A stretch of 61,674 bases of DNA, counting the filler, from Rhabdomonas costata (lineage: Eukaryota): NCBI GenBank assembly GCA_019059605.1. It is 22 parts of 22 records of this genome, joined end to end, with 100 filler letters (N's around TTAATTAATTAA, not from the genome) between each part and the next. Parts side by side here need not be neighbours in the genome. Positions count along the whole stretch, not along the records: positions 1 to 2,712 come from JAHMHO010002279.1; positions 2,813 to 5,525 come from JAHMHO010002280.1; positions 5,626 to 8,334 come from JAHMHO010002281.1; positions 8,435 to 11,144 come from JAHMHO010002282.1; positions 11,245 to 13,956 come from JAHMHO010002283.1; 17 more parts are not named here. One strand, given 5' to 3'. How positions within the stretch are numbered: position 1 is the stretch's first letter; each line of letters starts with the position of its first letter. The position numbers and the translations under genes were made by a program. The notes under the pieces were generated by a model, which searched no databases, had not been told where the DNA came from, and saw only the letters and a list, made by a program, of their open reading frames with translations. This document shows, one piece after another, positions 1 to 13,950 of the stretch.

Positions 1-559
1 GGTTGGTGGTTTTTGTGTCCGCCTCCTGCCTTTGATGTTGTACGTGCTCTACCACCCAGTTTTTTTTGTCCCTCCCTCTCCCGTCCTTGCGTTCCTCATG
101 TGGTGCTTCTTCTTTCTCCACGCAAGCTCCGCTGCGTCACTCATCCCTTCCCTCTGGGTTTCGGCCTCCCCAGATGGCTGCTGCCCAGTCCCTTTGCTCT
201 CGGTCCCCTTCTTGTCTTTCTTCAATCTTTGTTTCCCATCTTTTCTGCATTGTACTGTGCATAGTGCCTTTTTGTTTTTCTTCCGTCCCCTCCTCCCCTT
301 TTACATAGGACCCCAGTCCCCTGCAGCTTCATTTGCACATGCCCCGATGGTCACTGTTGTATATCGCTTTCCAGACCTCATCAGAGCGTTTGATGCAAAA
401 TATGAAGTGTGCTACGGACGCTACGGACATGGTCAAAAGGGGGAGTATTCTATTCCTCCGCTCAACGACTTGGCACAGATCACGCACAGCATCCAGAACG
501 ATAGCAATGCCACTCTTGAAAAGCTCCTCATACTCTACCACGAACACCCACCCACACAC

Positions 560-2712
560 CTCGTCCTGTCCCGTCCGTACGGCAACCTCCAGGAGCTCCG
601 GCTTCCGGGTGCGGAGCTCCTCCACCCACTTCAGACCCCGTCTAAGCACCGTCATGCTGCCTCGAGCCAGGGCGTACCCCAGCAGCCTCTCTTTCTCTGG
701 GGCCTGCAGGTAGTCCAGGTCTGCGGTGCGCCGGGCGAGGTACAGAGCGGTGCCATCCCCACCGTCAGGCAGGCTGAGGGCGACCTGCAGCGCGGTCTGC
801 CCGCAGTCCGAGATCACACCCAGAGCCTCGTCCGGCATTTGGCAGCACGCCAGCTGAACCACGGCCTCGTTCTCAGGGACGGCAGCGGCGAGGTGGACAA
901 CCTTTGTACGGAGCGCCCAGTCACAGGTTCCATGGCACTCTCAGACCTTCTACCACCTTCACCGTTCCGTCTCGCCAGGCAACAATCAAGTGAGCTAATT
1001 TATCGCGATTTGTTGGCTGTGGGTGGGTAGTGCCCTTCATTATTGCCCTTCACCCGCCCCGCTACCACCGCCAGGCATTTCGGCTCACAAAAGTCCAAGG
1101 CCATAAAAATCCAGCAGAAGGACCTGGCAGGTTTTCGGAAGGAGCCCAGACGTGCTTCGGCCTCCCCCACTGAACAGATGAACCTCCGCTCTGTCCCTAA
1201 ACTCAGCAATTGGTTTGTGTCGGGCCAATCGCTTACAAAAAAGTTACTCGCTTATCCGTTAGCTTGTGCGTCCCCTCCAAAACAGACCATTACTGCTGAC
1301 AACGCTGGAGCCGGGCATCTGCTGGGGTGCACTCACCGAGCGCCTGATGTTTGTGTGAGCGGCCCACATGAACGAATCGCAAGGTAACCGGCTGGATGAA
1401 GCGTCCGTCTGCACAAGAAGGCTCTTCACTGGACTCCAGGTCACCAATGCAATCCCCAACCTACCGTGGTGCCGCCCTCCTTGAAGTTGGCGCGCAACGG
1501 CAGCAGCAGGGCCTGGTTGCTCGAGGTACAGAACTCCATCACCTTCGGGTTCCGGCGCTGCTCCTGGGCCGTCATCGCCCAAGGCAGGTCCCGGTAGAAC
1601 GTCACCACCACCTCCTCCAGTTCCACGATATCCACCAGGCCCAGGTCGCACTCCATCGCCTCCTCCAGCAGCTTCTTCACTCCAAACGCGGCCTTGCCCA
1701 CGACTCGGAACTGGCTCCCACACGGCATCAGCACCTCTTCCTCGGCAGGGAACACGGAGAGAGCTGCGATGAGACGCCCAGTGCGGCACCCGATGGTGTA
1801 GATCGTGCCAGAGGGAGGCCCTGTGGCGCTGTCCTGCCGCAGGAACTCTCGCACTACCTTTGCGGAGCGGGAGGTGCTGCTGAGCTGGTTCCAGGTCACT
1901 ATGGTCCCTGCGGGGAACAAGGTTGACGGGGGCTTGAAGTCGATGGCCCGATAGACCATCCCCTCGAACTTCGGCAGGGTCTCCAGCTCGTCGTGCAGAA
2001 CCCGTGCCAAGGGCTTCCAGGGCTGCAAAACACCAATGTAGGAAATTTGAGCGCACGGCAGCTCAGGCAAGTGGAAGGTCCAAGAAAAATAACTCCATAT
2101 CCCCTACGATTAGCCGAAATTCTGCAGGAAAAAAGACGTTGTCTTCCCAAAAAACCAGCACTGACTAAGCATGGACAATCTCGGGTGGAATATTCGTCGC
2201 CAGACCCTCGAAATCCAACATCTCCTTGAAAAGCCTACATCCAGTCCTAGCCCTTCCTTAACCCATAACTTGACGCGACAGAACCAAGGCGAAGCGCTTA
2301 ACACAAAACTCCCAACACCCATTCAAGAATACACCCAATTTGCTGGTTAATACAGCTCCCGCTCAAAAAATTTGCTAACAAATCTGCGGGCAACCTCGAA
2401 TCGGGCCGCGCCCCCGGGCTTCCCGAACTCCCGGCTGTTCCTGTTCAGCAGCCTGTAGAGAGGGGTCTCCATGGTAAACGCGGTGATCCCGGGACACCCC
2501 CCTTCGCCCCCCGAGCGCCTCTCTGCGCTCTCCACAACGTAGTCCTTCGTGGTTAATCTCACCGGCTCAGCCACGGCCTCGTTGAGATCCACCAACGGGT
2601 GCTTGGTCTGGAAGTGCACCCTGCGGTCATCTGATGTGCTGCGGCAGCACAGCGGGCACACCCAGAAGGTCGCCCCGGCCTCCCGGACCGCCTCCTCCCA
2701 ATCAACCCCAAC
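560..2712 (-). CDS. Partial spliced gene: C2H2-like zinc finger + R-S-E (ARTC-type) ADP-ribosyltransferase domain + ankyrin repeats
   Basis: Exons 2712-2395, 2022-1465 and 901-560 join in frame through GT-AG introns. Motifs: CPLC-x10-H-x4-H; AFTMETPLYRLLN; FE|PWKPLARVL..LP; VYR; SSTS; FPAEEEVL; GTT|VVHLAA; GQTALQVAL. The frame may continue to ~329. Confidence 0.85.
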
Positions 2713-2812
2713 NNNNNNNNNNNNNNNNNNNNNNNNNNNNNNNNNNNNNNNNNNNNTTAATTAATTAANNNNNNNNNNNNNNNNNNNNNNNNNNNNNNNN
2801 NNNNNNNNNNNN
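2713..2812. other. Artificial contig linker (N-run, TTAATTAATTAA, N-run); first of 21 such linkers, about every 2.8 kb up to 58864-58963
   Basis: Identical ~100-nt spacer with stops in all frames. Sequence on either side is unrelated, and contig lengths are nearly equal (size-sorted concatenation). Confidence 0.98.
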
Positions 2813-3075
2813 AAAGCTTCCAAGCTAAATTTGTTGTGTTCTTCCTTTGCATAGATGTGGGGCGCCCGCCAGGCTCATGGACTGCAATTTGTCCCCGCCG
2901 GTCATGGGCTTTTAGCGCTCGCGGGTTACAGGTTTGAACAAAAGCAGCGAACCAAAGTACAGGGGAAGAAATATTGGCTCTTACGTTCAATGTATTTAAA
3001 TATATATTCTCTCAATATCAGAAATGACTTCGCGTTTCTGGATGAAGACTTCTTGGACCGTCCTCCGGGCCGAGT

Positions 3076-3549
3076 AAAGTTAAAATTTCTGATAAAGTTC
3101 AATGAAATATTAGTCGTCTGTATTTTCATTTTACCACTAGATACGCTGACAATCACCAAATGTCTCCAGTTGAAGACCACGGCGCGACCTTAAAATCTAC
3201 GTTTACTAGCTTGAATGATAATCACATTATTGAAGAGATAAAATAACATCTAAATATGCTATTGAGTGCACAATTGGTCATTTACATCATCATTTTATTT
3301 GGTTTGATGGTGTATACAAAATTCTTTAGATTGACAAAATAGAATGATATATTAAACTTACCATTTAAAGACAATAATTTGCCTGGACTACATGCTGCTG
3401 TGATGACCGGATATAATGAAGAATCACAAACATTTAAACTATTAAATAGTCACGGTTCAGACTTTTCTAATAATGGATATTTGTGAGTGAAGTGTGAATA
3501 CGCTCTAGATCCTGATATGTGCTTTGAATGTTATACTGTATTACAATGA
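3076..3549 (+). pseudogene. Papain-family (C1A) cysteine peptidase pseudogene, C-terminal two-thirds
   Basis: One frame reads ISRLYFHFTTR..EDHGATLK..IILFGLMVY..LP..GLHAAVMTGY..FKLLNSHG..NNGYL*VKCEY, including the catalytic His and Asn motifs. In-frame stops at 3103, 3244, 3340 and 3484. The catalytic Cys region is absent. Not in the ORF track. Confidence 0.8.
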
Positions 3550-4505
3550 AAAGCTGTTTCAAGCAGCGTTTAATTATTCAAAAGGATTTATCTTGTCCTT
3601 CTTTTTAACGTAATAAACATTTTTTAGATAGTGATAATAATGCTAATGAATCATAACTAGATGCCAAAATCTTTGCTTTCAAACATTCTATCTTCACACA
3701 CTTTATTTTTACATATTACACATTGCAGATAATCAAATGGTGTTATACTTACATCAATAACATGCAATTGACTGACAATATCACTGTATTTCTTTTCATC
3801 TTCTTTTTATTATTCTGATCCATTTTATATCATTTACCTAACAATTTAGTTTTCACTGAAAGTGGATAATTTTATCTTGTTCTGTTGTACTAAGTTTTGC
3901 TGATTTATTTTATTTCTTCCTCTTCTTTTCTGTTTTTGTTTATTTCAATTTCATCTTCTTTCTCAGGATCTTCTTCTTTACTGCATCAATGACGTTCCCT
4001 ATTATGTCTTTATGATTAAAACAATCTTGATTGACATGTTATGATTGTTTTTTAGTTGTTAATTTGGTCTATGATACGAATAAAATTCTATGGCATCTTG
4101 GGGGTAAAATTCTACGCAAGCGTAATGATAACATGACAATCAAAAATACAATTAATATAATTGATAGTAATTGATAGTGGTAATACAATACGCAACGATA
4201 TGACTAAATAGAATGTCAAAATAACAAAATTATTGATTTATAGGCAAGTGTATACTCTTTGTTGTCACTAAATTGAAAAACAAAACAAACTTTTAAACAA
4301 CATAAATTCACTAAATTACGCATGACATCATTAAATATTTAATCTTTTAATATTAGAAACGTTTTTAAAAAAATATGCATTAAAAGCTATATAAAAAATT
4401 ATTTTTTCAATAAATAGTACAGAAATTGAAGGTGTAATTATTAATTAAAATGTTGTAGTCACAACGTTTTAAACTTTTGTTATTTTGTACTAGGCTAGTG
4501 TGTCA

Positions 4506-4697
4506 ATGAAACTAAACCAAAAGATACATTTTACTAAAACCTGGGAAATTGAGGAATACAGAATTGACGATTATCTTATATCCAGATATGAGATTAGTGA
4601 TGGCAAATATAATTTTATATTCAGTATTGAAAATGACGAACTACTTTCAAACATAAACGTTGTACAAAATACGCAAAATGCTTCCTGTTACTCATAA
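4506..4697 (+). CDS. Small hypothetical protein in the AT-rich island
   Basis: ATG at 4506, intronless, overlaps the next ORF in a compact virus-like arrangement. Confidence 0.4.
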   Translation: MKLNQKIHFTKTWEIEEYRIDDYLISRYEISDGKYNFIFSIENDELLSNINVVQNTQNASCYS

Positions 4698-5016
4698 TGT
4701 TTGGAGAGGAGTAAAAGGTGATGACTTTGTGCATTGCAATATAATAGAAAGAGTGCCAAGAAAAGAATACGAACGTAAAATGATACAATTGAATGAAAAA
4801 CTGAACCCTTGTTTAAAATCATCATACGATAAATTATTTGGCGTTTTGGATTTATGTAGACAGTATTTAGGAAAAATTACGCAACTTGAGTGTATTGCAA
4901 TGTTAAAATATGAAAAAGCAGTAGAAAATATAGCAAAACATTATACATTTGATTTTGTAAGTACAAGGGCTAAATTACTAAAAATGTGTGCAAAGTACAT
5001 GGAGAAAAAGCAATAA
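4678..5016 (+). CDS. Hypothetical protein (~112 aa) in the AT-rich island
   Basis: Open frame in very AT-rich DNA, ATG at 4678, no recognised domain. Confidence 0.5.
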   Translation: MLPVTHNVWRGVKGDDFVHCNIIERVPRKEYERKMIQLNEKLNPCLKSSYDKLFGVLDLCRQYLGKITQLECIAMLKYEKAVENIAKHYTFDFVSTRAKLLKMCAKYMEKKQ

Positions 5017-5749
5017 TTAATTATGTTAGATGGTTCTTAAAAACATATGTTTACTTGAGAAAGATTTAAAATACGTTAGTCCAGTAGATAAATGTAATAA
5101 CCTAATCCCAACAGATAAAGATATTACCAAGGCTTTTCAAGATAGATGTTTCGAATATTATGATTGTTGTTGATTTCAAAATAGGAGAGATGTGTACAGT
5201 GATTCTAAAGAATTAATACAATTACAAACGCTACAATAAAAATATCAATCATATAACATTTACTGTAAACAGTATTAAGAACGAAAGCAATATTAAGTGC
5301 ATTTTACACTAAACAACTACTATTTAGTTCCACATGATATTAAAAATCTGTTAAAAGAATTTCTATTTAGTTAAGTTTTTGAAAATATACAGTAAAATTT
5401 TGCTTTGGAAAATGGCTTAAAGTTAGAGTATATATTTTTGTTACTTTTCACTTATCTAACCATTGTATACGTGAAGCATATGAACAAACATAATGTTACA
5501 GAACTAGAAAAGAAGAAAAACCAACNNNNNNNNNNNNNNNNNNNNNNNNNNNNNNNNNNNNNNNNNNNNTTAATTAATTAANNNNNNNNNNNNNNNNNNN
5601 NNNNNNNNNNNNNNNNNNNNNNNNNGTGTGGTGTTGGAAAAGTGCCGATTTCCGTTGTGGGCACCGTAGGAAACTCCTTTATCGGTCGCGCTCCCTGCAC
5701 GGTGAAAAATGAGGGGCACGAACTAGGCACAGGACGGTCCAATTCGTGC

Positions 5750-6261
5750 AGGGAACTGAAGTTCAGTACGATGCTCTTGCCTTGCCCCTTCGCTCCCCAA
5801 ACTAATTCACGCAAAGGCTGCAGGGGCGAGAGGCGACACAACTTGTTTCGGACCCGTGTGCCAGCCTCTAACACACTTTCTTCGATTGTGACCCGGGAAC
5901 CCGTCCAAAAGCCACATTTACTGGCGGTGCGCACGGTCGTCAAGGTTCACAAAAATGCAGTTTCCCGGGAAGGCGAAGTTTCCCATTGGATGGCAAAGCA
6001 GCAGAGATAGATGGGGCAGACCCGGGTAAAAACTTGAAGTCAGCATGTTTGCCTGGGACCCGTCCGTGACTCCGATCATTACATGGCGATTGGTGCCGGC
6101 CTCCAGGATGACAAACTCGAAGTAGAGTCGGCCAGCGGTGAAGCCCTTGGTTAGGATGGCGATCTTGTGAGTGGCGGCGGAGTTCACCTGCTCAACAGTG
6201 AGCGCATCGTGGTCGAGCCGAAGGCCAGCGGCCATCTTCGTAGGGTCAAACCGGAAGTCAG
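5750..6261 (-). pseudogene. SPRY/B30.2 domain coding fragment, probably frameshifted
   Basis: FRFDP...GFTAGRLYFEFVIL...VMIGVT...FYPG is a typical SPRY N-half. SPRY-like continuations (SNGKL, GFWTGSRVTI, IVLNF) lie in other frames. Confidence 0.65.
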
Positions 6262-6644
6262 CTGAAGCATACCATATGACACAAGACGGAATGCAACCCA
6301 TCAGATGCGCCACAAACATCCTAAGTGCATCACGTCGAAAACTCACAAGGCCCCAAGTCTTCGCTCTAGGATGAGACACATCGCGGGTCCTTAGCATTAT
6401 GCGCAAGCGGCAAGGGCAGCCCATATCCGGTCACTCTCTGCCATGATTGTGTCTAGTTACCCCGCGAAATACCGTCAACCCAAACCCTATGATTCTCTCT
6501 CATTCTCTCTCTTTGGGTGACAAATGTGGTAATGAGTGGTGGCGCAGGAGCTCGGGTCCCGCTAGAGTCGGATCCTTGATGATGACACTCTCTCAATTAC
6601 GGGGGAGAGAGGATCCCCTCTTCGGCTCGTAGAGGTTGTGTTTC

Positions 6645-6735
6645 GTTCTCTCTCTCGTTGCTTCGTTCTCTCTCTCTCTCTCTCTCTCTTTCCTGTGCTT
6701 TATCCTCCCTCCGCACGCTTTCTCTCTCTCCCTCG
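6645..6735. repeat. (TC)n microsatellite / pyrimidine tract
   Basis: Interrupted TC dinucleotide runs. Confidence 0.8.
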
Positions 6736-6920
6736 TTCATTCCACTCCGGTTCAGGTTGTTTCCCTCTCCGTTCCCTGTGTAACCTCCCACGTCTCTAAC
6801 TGCCTGTAACTCGGCCTCTTGTGTTTTTTGTTACAAGAAAAAATATTGCATTACTTTTTTGCGCATCCTGAATACTCTGTGCGCTAAAATTCCTCTTATC
6901 TCTACAAAAAAAGAGCACAC

Positions 6921-8309
<1,389 letters not shown>

Positions 8310-10658
8310 CTGCGACCGAGCAACCCCCCAACCCNNNNNNNNNNNNNNNNNNNNNNNNNNNNNNNNNNNNNNNNNNNNTTAATTAATTAANNNNNNNNNN
8401 NNNNNNNNNNNNNNNNNNNNNNNNNNNNNNNNNNGGGGTGGGGGGAGAAGGACAGAAAAACAAGGCAGATTTTTTATTCGAGGGACGGAGGTAGGTTGAC
8501 AAAATGGCCCAAACTGAATCCATCGCAGAAGCAAAGAAGCACGAAAACAGAAAACATGGACGGACCTTTCACAACTTGGTGTACGGGCTACGAGGTGAAT
8601 ACAGGAAATGAGAACTCGGGAGAGAAATCTCGTTTCTTGCTTGAGAGCCTTCCAACTTGGAAACGGTTGGCTAGGTGCATTATGATCACTTTTCGTTGTG
8701 GCGAACTCAACAAGCCACACTACCGTTTCTATTTGACGCCCTAATTGAGCCAGAAGACAGGCCCTGTATGCTTCCCCAGCAGCGTAAGTAACGCAATCGT
8801 TGTCAGCAAACGTCGCAATTGTGGTCAAAACCCAAGTGGTGGATAATTCAGCACACAAAAGCAACACGCACAACAAAGGTCTAACGTTGCAACCCAAAGG
8901 AAAATAAAAAACCCACCCAGAAAACATAAAGGGACGAGACAAGCATGCCTTCATGTTTTTATATCGGACAGCGCACAAGTTAACGCAAACAGGCAGGGGA
9001 GGAAGTCGCGCTCTCTTTGAGCAGCAGTGGGTGCGCCCAGCTTTGCCAGAGAGGGTGAGTGCATGTGTGGTGTGTGGATGTGCGTACACATGTTCGTGGC
9101 AAAACCATCGCGTCTCGATTGCCACAACCGGAGCAAACCCAAACACCATTCTCGAGGATATACTTCCGTTCCCCCGTTCACAAACACACCTGCGGCAGCC
9201 TCGAACCCCTTTGATTGCTCTCATGTTCAGCCTCCCTCCCCTTCTGGAAACGTGGAGAAAGCTCTGAAACTTTTGAAATCAGAGAGCCCACATGATCGCA
9301 TTTGTTTTTAGAACGATTGGAAGACAAGAACGGGTAGAAAGAGCCGCAAGGGTTGGGGGGTTAGGAAGAAAAGGAGGCATTACAACTACAAAGCCCGAGA
9401 GGGGTCCTACAGAACCCGACATCAAGCGTGCGCATCATGAAAGAAAGAAAAAAGAAAGGAACACAGCACAAACGCGCACAGAAGACCAAGGTAAGGAAAA
9501 GCTATTTCCGTAGGGTGTGGGAACAGTCTCCATGTCTCACTCACGCTCCCCCATGAAAACCCGCAAGAAATTCGCCCAGCTTCAACCGAAAACAATACAA
9601 CGTCCTGGAAGGAGAAGGAGAACGAGCTCCCAAGAGAACACATCGCAGCATGAAAACAGCAGAAATCATGTGTGCGTGTAATGTGGTGTTAGGCGCCTCC
9701 TCAGTGCAGAGAATGGGCGAGTGCGTGTGTGGGAGGGTACGGGATACTGGGGGGAGGGGACTTATTACAGCAACAAAGAAACTCGGAGCAACGGAGAGGG
9801 ACGAAGACGGAGTGGGTAGCCACAGACTGCAATCGCAGTCTGCCGGAACAGGCACGAACATGAGTGACAAGTGGAACGGCTCTCTGCGGGTGAGGTCGGC
9901 AGAGCAGCAAAAAAGGTGTGGCTGCGGACGACGAGTGCAGGAGAGCTGACAGGCAGTCAGCCAAAGACAACGGTAGAAAAAGCAACCGAAGCAGTGAACA
10001 ACCCCTATCTCCCACTTTATTGGCAGAAACAAGAGGAGAGCGGAAAGTGCCTTTCAATCATCTCACCTCTCGCCTCTCCATGCTCTGGCTCGTACACTAT
10101 GCCCAAACAAGAAGCAACTAACAACGACACCAGCATCATACAAAAACAAACGACAAACAACGACAACGCGCGCACAAAAAACTAGAAAAATAAGGCAGAA
10201 ATAAGGCAGACCAAGAAAACAAACCTGCCAAAACCGTTTGGGGATCCCACCGTGCACAAATTATTTTCTCGGCACCTGTGCACAGGACAAGGACGTGATC
10301 CCTTCCACAATCGCATGGGACCATGCCCGCAGGTGTCAAACAAACAAAACGACTCTCTTTCCACGTTGACAGGTGCCTGAACCTTCCCCCATCACACGCA
10401 CATCGCCCTGGAGAGGTAATCGATACTGTACCACAGGCTCACCTTGGCCACTTTTCCCACCGCAGAAGAAACAGAACCATGCAGCACCCACCTCACCCCC
10501 CATACAGGAATATCAGTCCTGGGACTAAAATCGCTCCGCAGCCGAGTTTCTGGGCATTTGGACACGCAGCGCAGAAAAGCTCCGAAAGAGAGAGACGTCA
10601 GTCCAGCGTGTATCCGTGTGAGAGGAAGGGCACCTGCCATGATGGGTCAAGGCCTCTG

Positions 10659-10921
10659 TCACGGTTGCCTCCCCACGCGCTTCGACACCTCGGCAGAACC
10701 CCCGCTTGCATCCGCGGAGGCACTCCCGAGCTCAGGTGGTGCCGTGAACCGCCGTGTCTTGGCCTGGCGGTGCGCCGGCTTCACCGCGGGAGGGCACTCC
10801 GGAGGGCTCCGCAGGAGTTGCTCCACAGGGGTCTGCGGGCGGGCCGTGAGGGCGGACCTTTCGGAGGGCAGGGAATCAAAGCTTGGGATGTCGAAGTCAC
10901 TGCCGCTGTCGCAGCTGGAGC
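10659..10921 (-). CDS. Probable terminal exon of an unknown Ser/Pro-rich protein
   Basis: GC-rich open frame after a CACAG acceptor, ending in TGA. No domain recognised. Confidence 0.3.
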
Positions 10922-11249
10922 TGTGGCCGCACCGGTGGTCATGGCAGGGGAAAGCACAGGGGGCGAGCGTATGCGCAGGCTTCATCGGCATTGTTGTCGC
11001 GTGGCAAGAAAGGAGGTTAAGTCGGAAATAAGGTTTTTCGCAGGGCCCCCACAAGGCGCACACCACCAGAATAAAGGCCGTGGTCGCCTGGGTAGAAAAG
11101 GAGAAAATCCCAGTGGGATGAGAACGAACAGACAACAAAAAACANNNNNNNNNNNNNNNNNNNNNNNNNNNNNNNNNNNNNNNNNNNNTTAATTAATTAA
11201 NNNNNNNNNNNNNNNNNNNNNNNNNNNNNNNNNNNNNNNNNNNNATCAG

Positions 11250-11483
11250 GGAGCCGTGGCGGAGATTTTGCTGCTGTCCATGGCAGACTACCATGTCCTC
11301 ACCGATACAGGGGGGTTCGGGCAGATGGGGGCCTGGCTAAGCGGAGAGGTGGGCCACTCCCACACCTACCTCCTGCCCCACGACCCGCCTACCGCCGCGG
11401 GGAAGGGAGGCGCCCCGTTGCGGTGCACACCAGAGGACGCTGTTCCGTACGAGAAGCTGTCCCTGGTGTGGTCGGGGAAGTGA
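11250..11483 (+). CDS. Terminal exon of a fucosyltransferase-like (GT37/GT23-like) glycosyltransferase
   Basis: AVAEILLLSMADYHVLTDTGGFGQMGAWL resembles the A..E..LLS..D..V....STFG..A C-terminal motif of GT-B fucosyltransferases. Confidence 0.55.
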   Translation, partial: GAVAEILLLSMADYHVLTDTGGFGQMGAWLSGEVGHSHTYLLPHDPPTAAGKGGAPLRCTPEDAVPYEKLSLVWSGK

Positions 11484-12499
11484 GTCCCCTCCTTCGCGGG
11501 ACTGCGCACTCGAATCGGTTGGGTCTCTGCCCACAAATGGATGGGCTTTTCCCGTCATTCCTTAAGTGGGGTGGTGGTGCTGCATTGAGTGGTGAAAGCT
11601 TCTCTCGGTGGTTTAGATAGATCTGGGAATGTGAATTTCTGTTGGGTGTCATGTGCTTTTTCGCTCGCTCAGTCATCGGTTTGTTGGGTTTGTTGTGGTG
11701 GCTTCATGAATGATTCCGCGAGATGATTCTGGGGCACCACTTTGGGAGGTGTGTATGTGTGGCGTGAGGTGGTGGGAATGTAGGATGACAATTCCTCCAC
11801 ACAAACTGGTGTGAGGTGTGAAATGGGTATAATGGGCATTCTGTTGCTGGAAGCGGGGGCCGGAGAGACATGGACAGGGAATGGAAGCCACGGGAATCCG
11901 GAGGGCGGGTTCCACAAAGTCAGTTTTGGGAGGCGCTAAACTTTGCGTGACAGTGCGTCAAGCATGAAGCAAACTGTGTACCTCGCTGGTACTAGTTCCT
12001 GGAGCCATGTTCTTTGCCCTTTTGGTAATAAATTTGGTCTCGGACGGACCCCAGCGCTTCTTACTGTTTTTGGTGAGAAGTACGCCACCTGTGGCACCGC
12101 AATCCTCAAATCCCCAAAGTGCAATTGAACACCCCAAGCGAATAAGGGAAAATAGGCGAACTGCAAGATCTCGACCGAGCACAATTGAAAGGCGGTGTGC
12201 ATTCCCAGAACGTCGTGGGGTTTCAACGCGCTCTCGAAAGAAAATTACGTGAGCTAGCAAAATTTCCGGCGAAAAACAGAAACCTACAAAACCACACACA
12301 ATGTTCTTGACACATTCGGCCTTCCTGCATCACCCTTTGCTCAGAATTTGCTCGGAGCTACTGAAATTGAAAATCTGTCACCCCCTGCTACCCTTGGTGC
12401 ATGTCACGTCGTTTTGATGGAGGCTGGGAGTCAATTTCTCGCTTCGGTTTAAAGTTGTGACAAGGTGAGGATACATTTTTTTGACAAGATTAACATTCT

Positions 12500-13950
12500 T
12501 TCTCTCTGGGTTCGTCTTCCTGCGTTTCTGAGTTCGGGGTCTGGATTTCGTGAGTCGATTCTGTGATTGGTCTTGGGGTTTGGGTTTCGAATTCTGGGCT
12601 GGGGTTCTGATTTCTGGGGTTGGGTTCTGAGGTCGATGGAGGGTTCTGAGTTGGAGTTGAAGGAGGCATTCCGGGTGAGGGTTTCGCTTTCGGTCTTCGG
12701 TCTTTGGGTTTTCGTTTCGCTCTCCGCCTTCGGTTTCCATGACGGCCCTCCACCCCGAAGCCAGATGGAACAACGTACGCCTTGAGCTAAAACAGATGAA
12801 GATGAACAACGACCTCGACATGAATCAAACTGGCTGGCTGGAATCGACCGGAAGGCCAGGGTGACAAGGCCTCCGGTTCCACTTCGACGGCAACGCTTGT
12901 TAAACGCACTTTTCTCAACATAAAATACGAACAGCGAGGAGCAGGGAGACGCCCTTAAGAAACCGTAACGCACGATAGCGCCAGTGGTAGGATGACTGTA
13001 AATTTCAATTGGTATTTGACCCGTTGGGAAACAGGTGATATCAGGAGTCGCCTCGTCCACGTTCGGATATGACCGGCAAACCCCTCCGAAGGAAGCTAGT
13101 GGGTCAGGTCAAGGCTCAACCCAGCCAATCAGGCAATAGGTCGTGTATGCCAGTGGTTGCCCGAAACCATTGAGCGGTTGTGGTGGGGATAGCATAACAG
13201 CCAACCAGATAGGATGACACAAGGCCCCACACACTATCATGATGATGTTGGTTGAATAGCGGTTGAACGAGCTACCCGTGGTGTTGACGTTCGCACAATA
13301 GTGGTGTTAATGCTGCTGTCAGGATGCTAGGGCGTCACGCTTCGGGTGGTGTTGTTGTCGTTGTCGCCATGTTATAGCAAGCTTGTGATGCTGGTACTGG
13401 TGCTAGATGAGGTCGTAGTGGAGGGATGTGGCGGCCGGAGGAGAAGTAGCAATGCCCACTCTTAGGGTATGAGGGGAATAAGCCGGCCACCCTACCGCTA
13501 CCAAGGGGATGTCAGGAAGGGAGTAAGGATGCCGACGCATGAATCCTACGAGCGATGTTGGAAGGCGACGCTCCTCCACCGCAATCATGAACCCTACCAT
13601 ACCAGGACGCTGAGATGTCAAGCCGATGTGTGGGTGATGCCCTCCACCAGGCAGGACTCATCGACCAGATGCCTGAACCCAAAGATGCCGAGGGATGCTG
13701 CTGCTGGTAGGAAGATGCGTACGCCGCGATGATGCAAGGATGTCAGCTTTCACGCCAAGATGAAGGGAGGAGGGAGGAAAAATGCTGATGGTGGAAAGAT
13801 GTCGAAGAAAGTGAGGCATCCCGACATCAACATCTTCCTTTCCTCCTTTCTTACTCTCTTGTATGTCGGTCCTCTCGGTCCCTCAGGGCCCTCCTCTCTC
13901 CTCTCTTACTCCATCCCTCCACGCCATAAGGCGGTTCTTTTGGTCCCAAC
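12500..13950. repeat. Degenerate non-coding repeat or TE relic, with ~7-nt GGTTCTG/GGGTTTC units at 12500-12740
   Basis: Short degenerate tandem units followed by TG/CA-rich sequence with no credible exon. Confidence 0.35.

Larger units (their letters stand above)
3076..5525. mobile_element. AT-rich, intronless, decayed virus-like island (possible endogenous giant-virus or polinton-type DNA)
   Basis: Abrupt switch near 3075 to far more AT-rich DNA than the host-gene contigs. It has short, closely packed intronless ORFs with many stops and a peptidase pseudogene, but no hallmark viral core gene. Confidence 0.5.

Noticed and set aside
32..1926. Long + strand ORFs (32-1030, 1396-1926) and the many other overlapping ORFs in the track
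   Set aside because: Antisense or off-frame shadows of GC-rich exons and introns, with no motifs.
3103..3486. TGA=Trp genetic code in the AT-rich island (TGA at a GYxW-like position)
   Set aside because: The same frame also has TAA and TAG stops and a deletion, so pseudogene decay is the simpler explanation.
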